A stretch of 64,000 nt of DNA from Phycisphaerae bacterium (GCA_041478555.1 JBGOWI010000009.1:3875-67874); one strand, 5' to 3'; positions 6,982-15,257 are shown, counted from the first letter of the stretch. Notes: generated by a model not told the origin, from the sequence alone. A program made the numbers and translations.

Positions 6982-7248
6982 GAATCCCGCACCTTCTAAA
7001 TATTCAATGTATCCCGCCTCAAAGCATTGGAGCGGGATGTATCACGTATATTTTTTGAAGAGTCGAAAGAGTAATAGCTTGTCGATTGGATATACCAAAG
7101 GTTTAAAAAAGATTGAACCCCGCACCTTTTGCACCGTACTAAAACCAAAAAAGAGTCGATTCAAAAGGCGCCTGACTCAAATGACTCTAATGCCGGATAA
7201 CACAGTACAAAAGGTGCGGGATGAACCGAAAGAAGGTGCGGGATGAAC
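6982..7248. mobile_element. Nested composite of CCCGCACC-family MITE-like elements filling the permease/GldG-like junction
   Basis: The outer copy (GAATCCCGCACCTTCT ... AGAAGGTGCGGGATGAAC) aligns with the 20476-20593 copy. The inner copy, 7119-7220 (102 bp), is bounded by CCCGCACCTTTT / AAAAGGTGCGGG. An extra hairpin, ATCCCGCCtcaaagcattggaGCGGGAT (about 7011-7038), is flanked by GTAT on both sides. Confidence 0.75.
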
Positions 7249-9222
7249 AGAACCTTCAGGATAATCGCAGGCGTGATATTCGTTTTGATTATCACTTTCA
7301 GCGTTATCAGCATAAGTCAGAATATCGGCAAAGGTTTGAAAATCGACGTAACCGAACAGAGACTTTATACGCTAAGCAGCGGCACAAAGGCAATTCTTGC
7401 CAAACTCAACCAGCCGATAACGATGAAACTTTACTATGCCAAGACGGCGGCGCTCAAGGGGCCGGACCAGATTCGATATTTTAATAATTATTATGAGTTT
7501 GTAAAATCGCTGCTCGAAGAATATGTCGCTGCCTCCGGCGGTATGGTTAAACTTGAAGTTATCGACCCGCGGCCTTATTCGGACGAGGAAGTTGCGGCCT
7601 TGAGATACGGGCTGAGACGATTTCCCATTACCGAAGAGGAAAATTTCTTCTTCGGACTCGTCGTGCAGACGCAGTTCGGGGTCGAAAAGACAATTCCGGT
7701 TTTTTCGCCAAATCGTCAAAACTTTGTCGAATATGACATAAGCTATCTGATTGATACGGCGATAACACGACAAAAGAAACGGGTAGGCATATTAAGTTCG
7801 CTGGATATGCTGGGCGATGAGGTAAGCCCCTATATGGCCAGACTGATGCAGCTACAGGGGCAGCAGCCTCGCCAGGCGTGGGCGTTTGTCGAGCACCTTA
7901 AACAGCAGTATGAAGTAAAAGGTATTCCAACAGATGTCAATAAAATAGAAGACGTGGATATTCTGCTGGTTATTCACCCGAAGGATTTTTCCGAGCAAAC
8001 GCTGTTTGCAATCGACCAGTTTGTTGTCAGCGGCGGCAGAACAATTGTCTGTATTGACCCGTACTGTATCAATGACCTGCCGCGGCAGCCGGCAATGCAG
8101 ATGCGGACCGAACATAATCCAAGCTCCGAACTGAACAGGCTGCTGGCCAACTGGGGACTGGAAATGCCGAAAGATACATTCGCAGGCGACAGGTCGCTTG
8201 CACTGGCCGCTGCACTCAGGGCAGATGAAAGGCCGCAGAAGATAATCGGTTTTTTAGGGCTGACGCCGGAATGCTTCAATCACGATAATGTCATAACAGC
8301 CGAGCTGAACCAGGTGAGCTTTCTGTTCAGCGGCGTTTTGCGCGAAGTTATGCTCGACGAGCAGGAGATTAAGGAAAGAAATATTCAGCGAACACCTCTT
8401 ATTATGACAACAACAAAAGGAAACAGCTGGACGGTCGATAATCAGGTCGAACTTATGGTGCTCGATACTGAAAGCCTTATGGAAAAGTTCACCGACGGCG
8501 CAGAGCCGGTTAAGATGGCCTATCTGGTTACCGGCAGATTCAAAAGCGATTTTCCGGAAGGCGTCGATATTGAAGTTGATGCGCCGGCAGATGCCAACGA
8601 ACCGAATGCACCGCCGAAAAAAATCAAAGAGCATATCGCAGGCCTGGCGGAGGCGAAGGATAATTGTGCCGTGGTTGTTTTTGCTGATGTTGACTTTTTA
8701 AGCGATATGATTGCTTACAGAAATACGTTTTTCGGCACACTCATCATCGGAGATAACAGCGCTCTGGCAATGAACGCTATCGACGAGCTGTGCGGGTCAA
8801 ACGAACTGATTTCAATAAGGTCCCGCGGCAATTTCAAAAGACCTTTTGAGGTTGTTGACAAAATCGAAGAGCAGGCAGAGGCCCAGACCGCCGACCAGGA
8901 GGCAAAAATCAACGCTGAAATCACGAGATTTGAGAATGAACTGCGGTCGATTCTTGCCTCGGCAAAACAGGGCGAAGAAGAGATTATCGGCAGCTCCATC
9001 CTGCAGAAGAAAAACGAGCTTGAACTGAAAATTCATCAGGCGAAAAAGCAGCTCCAGGAGATAAAAAAGACAAGACTCCAGCGAAAGGAAAACCTCGGGA
9101 ACAGCCTGCGGGATTTCAATATGCTGGCGGCACCGGCAGCAATTCTGGTTATCGCTATAATTCTCGGCGTCCATAGAAGCGTAAAGAAAAGACGATATAT
9201 CAGTCATGCGAGCGATGCGTAA
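7243..9222 (+). CDS. GldG-like auxiliary component of ABC-type transport system
   Basis: 659 aa with an N-terminal TM (IIAGVIFVLIITFSVISI) and a C-terminal TM (LAAPAAILVIAIILGV). The QRLYTLSSGTKAIL...PITMKLYY pattern matches GldG-family proteins. It follows the ABC-2 ATPase and permease. Confidence 0.8.
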   Translation: MNRTFRIIAGVIFVLIITFSVISISQNIGKGLKIDVTEQRLYTLSSGTKAILAKLNQPITMKLYYAKTAALKGPDQIRYFNNYYEFVKSLLEEYVAASGGMVKLEVIDPRPYSDEEVAALRYGLRRFPITEEENFFFGLVVQTQFGVEKTIPVFSPNRQNFVEYDISYLIDTAITRQKKRVGILSSLDMLGDEVSPYMARLMQLQGQQPRQAWAFVEHLKQQYEVKGIPTDVNKIEDVDILLVIHPKDFSEQTLFAIDQFVVSGGRTIVCIDPYCINDLPRQPAMQMRTEHNPSSELNRLLANWGLEMPKDTFAGDRSLALAAALRADERPQKIIGFLGLTPECFNHDNVITAELNQVSFLFSGVLREVMLDEQEIKERNIQRTPLIMTTTKGNSWTVDNQVELMVLDTESLMEKFTDGAEPVKMAYLVTGRFKSDFPEGVDIEVDAPADANEPNAPPKKIKEHIAGLAEAKDNCAVVVFADVDFLSDMIAYRNTFFGTLIIGDNSALAMNAIDELCGSNELISIRSRGNFKRPFEVVDKIEEQAEAQTADQEAKINAEITRFENELRSILASAKQGEEEIIGSSILQKKNELELKIHQAKKQLQEIKKTRLQRKENLGNSLRDFNMLAAPAAILVIAIILGVHRSVKKRRYISHASDA

Positions 9223-9267
9223 TAATTTAAAATTTAAAATTTAATATTTAAAATTTTTATGAGGCAA

Positions 9268-9400
9268 GGGTCAGGTAGTGGGTTAGGTATGGCGTAAGCC
9301 ATCCCCAAGGGAGTGGGGTTAAGCAGTGAGTCCCGATTTTATCGGGATGACCACACTACCCACAACTCACAACTTAACACACTACTTTACCCCATCCTCT
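9268..9400 (+). repeat. Long imperfect palindrome: GT-rich arm, perfect central hairpin, CA-rich arm
   Basis: The arm GGGTCAGGTAGTGGGTTAGG...GGAGTGGGGTTAAGCAGTGAG is followed by TCCCGAT-ttt-ATCGGGA (9331-9347) and then the arm CCACACTACCCACAACTCACAACTTAACACACTACTTTACCCCATCC. Complementary words include GGTAGTG/CACTACC and GTGAG/CTCAC. Confidence 0.5.
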
Positions 9401-9490
9401 CAACAAAACGGTACAGCATCGCAACCGATAAACGATATACAATGCTTAATCAAAACTTGCTTTAGTAGAAATAAATATTGGAGTTGCCAG

Positions 9491-10642
9491 ATGAGCGATA
9501 AAAAACTTTCGTTTTTAGGTATTCTTGCGATAGTGTCAGTTATTGCTGCTGTTTTTGTTTCGCAGTTTGCAAACAGGACAAAAACGACCTCGGCGGGGTC
9601 AGGTAATCTTATTCAGGGACTTGACCCGGCAGCTATTGCCGAAATTGTAATGGGCATTCGCCGCGGTGCGACCGCGTCGCAACGAGAAGGCAATGAACCC
9701 CGCCGCAACGAGCTGCGGGATGAACAGATAAATCTTGCGCGAAGAGGCGGCGGCTTTGTTGTTGCAAACAAAAGTTATTATCCTGCCTCAAACAGGGCGG
9801 TTAACGACCTGCTGGCTGCCTGTTTCGATATCAGGACCGTTGAGCTTTATACCGAAGATAAAGCCAATCATAAAGACCTCGGTGTTAGCGAAGAAGATGC
9901 AAGAGATATCGTTAAATTTCTTGATTCGAACGGAAAGGTCATCACAGCCGTTGTCATCGGAAATCTGCGCGAAGACGGCAGCATGGCTTACGCCAGACTC
10001 ATCAACGATGACAAGGTCTATATTATTTACAATACGCCGTGGATAAGACAATCGCCGCTCGATTATGTCGAACAAGAGCTTATATCGGTAGATAAGGCCA
10101 ATATAGACGCCGTAACCATTACATCGCCAAACGAGGTTTATACCCTGATTTCCGAAGCCAACGGCACCGAAGTTGTACTGCAACAACTGCCTGTCGGCAA
10201 AAAAGAGAAAAAAAATGATTGCGCCGCGGTTTTCGGCGCACTTACCAACCTGAGATTCGATGATGTGAATGCCGCGGCAGATGAATCAGGCTTGAATTTC
10301 GACCGAAAATATACCTGTCTGCTGAAGGATTCGACCTTGTATACCATCCAGATAGCACAAAGAGATTCAAAAACATTTATAAAATGCTCTGCTGAGTTTA
10401 CCGATAAGACGCCTGTGAAGAAAGAAGAAGCCGTAGAGTCGCAGGAAGAACTCAAAAAGAAGGAAGCCAAACTGCTGGCAAAAGAAAAGGCGAAAAAGTT
10501 TCAGGAAACCTGCGACGGCTGGGTTTACCAGATACCCGAATACAAGGCGAAAAATATGACGAGGCTGATGGCAGAACTGATTGAGGATATTCCGCCGCAA
10601 AAGCCAGCCGAGGCGAATGAACCAAAGGAAGTAAAGAAGTAA
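9491..10642 (+). CDS. DUF4340-like protein (fourth gene of the GldG-type ABC operon), N-terminal membrane anchor
   Basis: ATG 9491 gives MSDKKLSFLGILAIVSVIAAVFVSQF (basic n-region plus TM). The pattern ...FVVANKSYYPASNRAVNDLL... is typical of DUF4340 proteins found after GldG homologues. The ORF track extension to 9326 runs through a palindromic repeat and is unlikely to be coding. Confidence 0.7.
   Translation: MSDKKLSFLGILAIVSVIAAVFVSQFANRTKTTSAGSGNLIQGLDPAAIAEIVMGIRRGATASQREGNEPRRNELRDEQINLARRGGGFVVANKSYYPASNRAVNDLLAACFDIRTVELYTEDKANHKDLGVSEEDARDIVKFLDSNGKVITAVVIGNLREDGSMAYARLINDDKVYIIYNTPWIRQSPLDYVEQELISVDKANIDAVTITSPNEVYTLISEANGTEVVLQQLPVGKKEKKNDCAAVFGALTNLRFDDVNAAADESGLNFDRKYTCLLKDSTLYTIQIAQRDSKTFIKCSAEFTDKTPVKKEEAVESQEELKKKEAKLLAKEKAKKFQETCDGWVYQIPEYKAKNMTRLMAELIEDIPPQKPAEANEPKEVKK
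9655..9726. repeat. Composite GC-rich repeat inserted in frame in the DUF4340-like CDS
   Basis: TTCGCCGCGGTGCGACCGCGTCGCAACG equals the joined, reverse-complemented ends of the 349-439 element. It is followed by ATGAACCCCGCcgcaacgagctGCGGGATGAAC, a CCCGC-family hairpin flanked by direct ATGAAC. It is translated as IRRGATASQREGNEPRRNELRDE. Confidence 0.6.
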
Positions 10643-10653
10643 GGAACGTCGAA

Positions 10654-10690
10654 CCCCGATGAGATAGCCGAAACGTCATCTCACGGGGCA
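10654..10690 (-). repeat. REP-like bulged hairpin, copy 3 (inverted orientation)
   Basis: CCCCGATGAGATagccgaaacgtcATCTCACGGGGCA is the reverse complement of the TGCCCCGTGAGATG...ATCTCATCGGGG family seen at 4253-4377. A degenerate partial copy (GAACGTCCAATGATGAG) lies at about 10735-10751. Confidence 0.7.
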
Positions 10691-10831
10691 GGCATTGAAC
10701 CCATTCGACTGCGCTCAGGGCAGGCATCGAACGCTGAACGTCCAATGATGAGCGGCTGCGGCGGCGAGGCTCGTTACGTCTTACGTTATATGGTTACGCT
10801 CCTGCCAGAGGCGGCAGATAAAAAATAAGAA

Positions 10832-11233
10832 TTATGGATGCGGGGGAGCCTGGGCCAAGATAAAAGGCAAAGAGGCTTTCTGCTGGCCGTCAATTGCCAA
10901 ATCAATCCTGTATTTGCCGTAGTTTTGCAACTTGAGTCCCTGAAGATTAGCGACGACATTAACGACAGTTGAATCGGATTTGGCCGGGGCCCTTACCGAA
11001 ATTGTTCCCTCTAATTTAGGAAAAACTTCTGCACCATCTTCATCAATGACGCAAATTCTGAACGGGTGCTGACCTTCTTCAATTCTGGAGAACCTTATCC
11101 TGAGTGCAACGGCGCAGGCCGGATGCGTAGTAGGAACCTGCCTGGCAAGAATAGTGTCGAAAGCACCCAAAACATTTAATTTGCCGTTCTGGTCGGTCGC
11201 AGCATCGCATAATAAAAAAGCTTCAATATCCAT
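10832..11233 (-). CDS. Hypothetical protein (small beta-rich protein, no recognisable catalytic motif)
   Basis: 133-aa ORF with no competing ORF. It begins MDIEAFLLCDAATDQNGKLNVLGAFDTI. The composition is coding-like. Function is unknown. Confidence 0.6.
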   Translation of the reverse strand: MDIEAFLLCDAATDQNGKLNVLGAFDTILARQVPTTHPACAVALRIRFSRIEEGQHPFRICVIDEDGAEVFPKLEGTISVRAPAKSDSTVVNVVANLQGLKLQNYGKYRIDLAIDGQQKASLPFILAQAPPHP

Positions 11234-11260
11234 ATTCTTTCCTTTCTTGTTACTAAAATA

Positions 11261-11349
11261 TAGCCACTAAGGCGCAAAGGCACAAAGAATAAAAAGAATT
11301 CAGTATAAAAACCATAAAAATCCTGATATCTTGGTGCCCTCGTGGCTAA
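11261..11349. repeat. Inverted-repeat miniature element (TAGCCACtaaGGCGCAAAGGCACAAAG ... CTTGGTGCCCTCGTGGCTA)
   Basis: The left arm, TAGCCAC..GGC.C.AAG, and the reverse complement of the right arm (TAGCCACGAGGGCACCAAG) are similar. A solo arm, TAGCCACAAAGGCACAAAG, occurs at 18275-18293. Confidence 0.5.
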
Positions 11350-11367
11350 TGTGAGTTTTTCATTACG

Positions 11368-11943
11368 TTAGAGAGTTCTTGCCAATTCAGGATTATTTAA
11401 AGCTGTCGTCAGGTCGATATAGCGATAGGGGAAATTGAATTTTTCGCACAGTAACTTGAATTTTTCGACAGCTTCTTCGCTGAGTTTGTTTTGCAAATCT
11501 TTATCGGCTTTGCAGAAGAATATTCTGCAGCCTGCGAAACGATAATTTCTTACGCTGCATTTACCCCCACACCAATTTGCACCTCGATGAGGTGTTTTGA
11601 AAGCCAACCCAATTGGTTTTAAGTGTTCTTTTAAGCTTATCCGCCGCAATGTAAATTGGTGTGGGGGTGTACCATTTTCGAGATAAGGACAACAGGAGCC
11701 GGTCATTTTTCTTAATAGTTTAACATTTTCATAAAAGTATAACAGTTCTGGCGTTGTTGCAAAAAGTTTGTGGCCGAACGATTCAAAGCGGCAGCACTTT
11801 CCGCAGGCTGTACACTGATTGTTGAATGGTTCTATATTGGAGTCCAGCCAGTCGTATATTCGCTCAACTTCGCTGCATATCTGAAGGTTGTTTTGCATCA
11901 AGCCACCAGCGTTTTTGTTTTTTGATTTTCTGGATTTCATCAT
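11368..11943 (-). CDS. YkgJ-family Cys-cluster (zinc/iron-chelating, UPF0153) protein, copy 2, with in-frame repeat insertion
   Basis: CTACGKCCRFESFGHKLF (CxxCxxCC motif) and ...SCCPYLENG[insert]KCSVRNYRFAGCRIFFC. The start is uncertain (ATG 11943 or ATG 11898). Either start overlaps the upstream paralogue. Confidence 0.7.
   Translation of the reverse strand: MMKSRKSKNKNAGGLMQNNLQICSEVERIYDWLDSNIEPFNNQCTACGKCCRFESFGHKLFATTPELLYFYENVKLLRKMTGSCCPYLENGTPPHQFTLRRISLKEHLKPIGLAFKTPHRGANWCGGKCSVRNYRFAGCRIFFCKADKDLQNKLSEEAVEKFKLLCEKFNFPYRYIDLTTALNNPELARTL
11564..11667. mobile_element. CCCCACACCAATTT-family palindromic element inside YkgJ copy 2
   Basis: CCCCCACACCAATTTGCA ... TGTAAATTGGTGTGGGGG. 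It measures 102 bp between 4-C and 4-G runs and 104 bp with the 5-nt runs. The same TIRs occur at 15316-15417. Confidence 0.75.
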
Positions 11944-12445
11944 AAGTATAGAGCCTGCCTTTGTTTATACCGGGACATTTCATCGCAGCGGCATTCCAGT
12001 CATCCGGGTTGTTTAGATTGTTCGGCCAGAAAGGCCAGTTTCGGCACTGCATTGGACGAGCGTCATAAATCGCGCAGCCTTTAACCCCGCACCTATTGTT
12101 CTGTGTTTTAGCAAAATCAAAATCGCTTCGCTTGACATTTGTTGAATCGATTTTCTCTTGGTTTGGGTTTGGCACAATAGGTGCGGGATTTATATTCTTA
12201 AGAAAAACACAATCCTTAGAACAGGGATTTTCCCTTATCGAGAAGCTAAGCCTGAGTCTTTTAAGGAATTTTTTTCGCACATCGTTCGGGCTTTGGCTCA
12301 GATGCTTTGCAAGTATTTTGATTTCCTGTCTCGATATCCATATAACGCCCTCCTGCGGGCCGGAGCAGCAATTTCCGCACTGCTGGCAGGCAAAATGCAA
12401 ACCTCCAATGTACCAGGGCGTATTTGTTTTTTTGTCAACTACCAT
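11864..12445 (-). CDS. YkgJ-family Cys-cluster (UPF0153) protein, copy 1, with in-frame repeat insertion
   Basis: [24 protein letters not shown] (CxxCxxCC motif) and ...CVFLKNI[insert][20 protein letters not shown]. The start overlaps the ilvD stop by 7 nt. Confidence 0.75.
   Translation of the reverse strand: MVVDKKTNTPWYIGGLHFACQQCGNCCSGPQEGVIWISRQEIKILAKHLSQSPNDVRKKFLKRLRLSFSIRENPCSKDCVFLKNINPAPIVPNPNQEKIDSTNVKRSDFDFAKTQNNRCGVKGCAIYDARPMQCRNWPFWPNNLNNPDDWNAAAMKCPGINKGRLYTYDEIQKIKKQKRWWLDAKQPSDMQRS
12086..12187. mobile_element. CCCGCACC-family palindromic element inside YkgJ copy 1
   Basis: CCCGCACCTATTG ... CAATAGGTGCGGG, 102 bp by hand count. It is translated (minus strand) as [34 protein letters not shown]. 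Confidence 0.75.
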
Positions 12446-14106
12446 TTCAATACTGCGCCTGTGTCTGCGCTGGTTGCCATTGAGGCATATTTTGCAAGGC
12501 AGCCTTTGGTAATCCTCGGCTGAGGCGGCACAAATTGTGCCTTCCTTTTCGCCAATTCATCGTCAGAGAGTCTGACACTGATTTTTTTGGCGGGGATATC
12601 GATTTCGATTATATCGCCGTTCTTGAGCAGACCAATCGGGCCGCCAACAGCAGCTTCGGGGCTTACGTGGCCGATGCATGCGCCGCGCGTTCCACCGCTG
12701 AACCTGCCGTCGGTTATCAGCGCGACCGATTCGCCGAGGCCTGCACCCATAATGAAACTGGTCGGCATAAGCATTTCCTGCATACCGGGACCGCCTTTGG
12801 GGCCTTCGTTTCTGATAACGACGACATCGCCAGCTTTTACCTTGCCGGCAAGGATGCCATCGCAGGCATCTTCCTGACTTTCAAAGATTACGGCAGGGCC
12901 GCTGTGCTTCATCATCTTCTCCGCGACGCCTGCGGTTTTGATTACGCAGGCGCTGGGAGCGAGATTGCCCCTGAGGATTGAAAGACCGCCGGTTTTGGAA
13001 TAAGCGTTTTCAATCGTATGTATGCAATCGGTATTTTTGATTTTTGCCCTTGCGATGTTTTTACCCAGCGTTTTTCCTGTGACAGTCGGGCAGTTGAGAT
13101 GGAGCAAACCTTTCATTCTGCTAATCTCCTTGAGGATTGCACTTATACCGCCGGCTTCGTCAACATCCTGAACGTGCCATTTACTCGAAGGCGAAACTTT
13201 GCAGATGTTGGGGCATTTTTCGCTGATTTTGTTTATTCTTTCAAGGTCGTATTTTATTTCTGCCTCGTTGGCGATTGCCAGGGCGTGCAGGACGGTGTTT
13301 GTCGAGCCGCCCATCGCCATATCGAGCATAAAGGCATTGTCAATCGATTCGGCGGTTATAATGTCGAGCGGTTTTAAATCCTTTTCAATAAGATTGATTA
13401 TCTGTTTGCCGGCGGCGGCATATAATTTGTTTCTTTTTGGGTTGATTGCCAGGATAGTGCCGTTGCCCGGCAGGGCTATTCCGATTGCCTCGCAGAGGCA
13501 GTTCATACTATTGGCTGTATACATTCCTGAGCAGCTTCCCTGCGAAGGACAGCTGGTGCATTCAAGCTCATAGAGTCTGGCCTCATCAATTTTGCCGACC
13601 TTGTAGGCTGCGACGCCTTCAAAAAGAGAGGACAGGTCAACGGTATTGCCCTTTGAGTCTTTGCCGGCTGCCATCGGGCCGCCTGAGACAAAAATTGTAG
13701 GTATATTGACCCGAACCGCAGCCATCAGCATCCCGGGTATTATTTTGTCGCAGTTGGGAATGCAGATGAGGCCGTCGAAGCAGTGGGCACGAACCATCGA
13801 TTCGACGGAGTCGGCGATTATCTCCCGCGAAGCGAGCGAATATTTCATTCCGGTATGCCCCATCGCGATGCCGTCACAAATTGCGATGGTGTTGAACTCA
13901 AACGGTATACCGCCGCCGGCACGAACGGCTTTTTTTACCTTCTCAGAGACCTTGTTCAGATGCATGTGACCCGGCACGATTTCACAAAAACTATTGGCTA
14001 TGCCGATGAACGGCTTGTTCAAATCCGCATTTTTGAGTCCGCAGGCCCGCAGTAATGCCCTGTGCGGAGTCCTTTGGACCCCCTTTTTGATAGTGTCGCT
14101 TCTCAT
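12439..14106 (-). CDS. ilvD: Dihydroxy-acid dehydratase
   Basis: 555 aa. The N-terminus [24 protein letters not shown], the [12 protein letters not shown] motif and full-length similarity to IlvD/Edd family signatures support the call. Confidence 0.95.
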   Translation of the reverse strand: MRSDTIKKGVQRTPHRALLRACGLKNADLNKPFIGIANSFCEIVPGHMHLNKVSEKVKKAVRAGGGIPFEFNTIAICDGIAMGHTGMKYSLASREIIADSVESMVRAHCFDGLICIPNCDKIIPGMLMAAVRVNIPTIFVSGGPMAAGKDSKGNTVDLSSLFEGVAAYKVGKIDEARLYELECTSCPSQGSCSGMYTANSMNCLCEAIGIALPGNGTILAINPKRNKLYAAAGKQIINLIEKDLKPLDIITAESIDNAFMLDMAMGGSTNTVLHALAIANEAEIKYDLERINKISEKCPNICKVSPSSKWHVQDVDEAGGISAILKEISRMKGLLHLNCPTVTGKTLGKNIARAKIKNTDCIHTIENAYSKTGGLSILRGNLAPSACVIKTAGVAEKMMKHSGPAVIFESQEDACDGILAGKVKAGDVVVIRNEGPKGGPGMQEMLMPTSFIMGAGLGESVALITDGRFSGGTRGACIGHVSPEAAVGGPIGLLKNGDIIEIDIPAKKISVRLSDDELAKRKAQFVPPQPRITKGCLAKYASMATSADTGAVLKW

Positions 14107-14213
14107 ATATTTTCTCCTAAGTGGCTTTCAATTAAGAAATAAGGAATTATAAGCACAAGATTATAATAAATAAATCCTAAAAGCATAAAAAGCTGCAGAT
14201 GTCTATAAAAAAA

Positions 14214-14241
14214 TTGCTCATTAAGTTTTAGTTGTTATAAT
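14214..14241 (+). promoter_or_regulatory. Sigma70-like promoter candidate for the tandem lipoprotein genes
   Basis: TTGCTC (14214-14219), 16 nt spacer, TATAAT (14236-14241), about 55 nt upstream of ATG 14298. Confidence 0.35.
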
Positions 14242-14297
14242 CACGGTCTGTTTGTGACGGATTAAACATTGTAATTAAATGGTTTTAGGAGAAAATC

Positions 14298-15257
14298 ATG
14301 AAAGCGCAGAAGATGTTGTGGGTTGTATTTTTGGGAGTTATTTTGTCTGTTTTGGCGGGCTGTGTGCCGACCGCGGAGATGAAACTCAATCTGGCACCGC
14401 AGAGCGAAACGGTCTATAGGGTTGTTCTCGAAACCGGTAAGGATTACGCGTTTATTCAGCCATCAATCAATAAGACAAAGGAGCGTCATACAGTTGGGCG
14501 GGCAGAGCTGGTTTTTGCACAGAGGATTGAAAGCGTTGACCAGCAGGGCAATGCGACAGCAGATATTACGATAAAGGAACTTAAATATTTGTCCGAAGAC
14601 CCCCAAGGCAAGACGCTGGACTTCGACAGCACATTGGAGGGCAGTAAGTCCGACCCGCTTTTTGCTCTTATCGGTCAGAGCTATAAAATAAAGATAACGC
14701 CCAACGGCCGGGTTGAGGTTATTGACGCCCAAGCGGCACGCGAAGTTATAAAGGGAGAAAGTTCTGCCAAGAAATTCGCGGACAGATTTTTCAGTAATGA
14801 GGAAATCGAGAGATGCCATCAGGTTCTTGCCCTGATGGATACAAAAAAGACCCTTTGCAAGAAAGGCGATAAGTGGAGCACGGTTGCCGCCTCTCCTGGC
14901 GGTATGCTCACACCAAAATCGTTTGAAAAGATTTATACCCTGACGGATGTAAAGGAGCGGAAAGGTGAGAAGATTGCCATTGTAACTATGAACGCCGAGC
15001 CCAGCTCAAAACGTGCAGCCGATATGCCGGAAAAAGAGGCGGCGGCAAGCTTTTTTGCAAAAATGTTCGAGGAGAAGGACAATTACAGCGGTAAAATGGT
15101 TCTAAATCTGACTACCGGCGAAATTGACAGTTATCAGGAGCTTCTGAAGGCCGAATGGCTCGCCGCAGAATCGCCCCAAGAGCAGAAAAGCGATAAAGGC
15201 CCAGACCAGTTGACGATGGGCTTTTGGAGTCTTTACAGTATCGAAAAAGTTGAGTGA
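14298..15257 (+). CDS. Hypothetical lipoprotein (paralogue of the next gene)
   Basis: Signal peptide MKAQKMLWVVFLGVILSVLAGC with lipobox LAGC. It shares motifs with the next ORF, for example SYKIKITPNGRVEVID versus SFTLKITPTGKIIDYT. Confidence 0.75.
   Translation: MKAQKMLWVVFLGVILSVLAGCVPTAEMKLNLAPQSETVYRVVLETGKDYAFIQPSINKTKERHTVGRAELVFAQRIESVDQQGNATADITIKELKYLSEDPQGKTLDFDSTLEGSKSDPLFALIGQSYKIKITPNGRVEVIDAQAAREVIKGESSAKKFADRFFSNEEIERCHQVLALMDTKKTLCKKGDKWSTVAASPGGMLTPKSFEKIYTLTDVKERKGEKIAIVTMNAEPSSKRAADMPEKEAAASFFAKMFEEKDNYSGKMVLNLTTGEIDSYQELLKAEWLAAESPQEQKSDKGPDQLTMGFWSLYSIEKVE

Noticed and set aside
7221-7484. 87-aa ORF starting in the MITE right arm
   Set aside because: It is out of frame with, and overlaps, the GldG-like gene. 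It starts from the duplicated GGGATGAAC repeat end and has an Arg-rich nonsense composition.
9223-9262. Possible CRISPR or tandem array (AATTTAAAATTTAAAATTTAATATTTAAAATTT)
   Set aside because: It is only a short AT-rich micro-repeat of ~9-nt units without spacers, and there are no cas genes.
9326-9490. N-terminal extension of the DUF4340-like ORF (track start GTG 9326)
   Set aside because: The extension is a translation of the CA-rich arm of the palindrome. The internal ATG 9491 gives a canonical basic-plus-TM N-terminus.
12096-12523. 138-aa and 121-aa plus-strand ORFs
   Set aside because: They are antisense to YkgJ copy 1 and the ilvD 3' end. They pass through the MITE and have no motifs.
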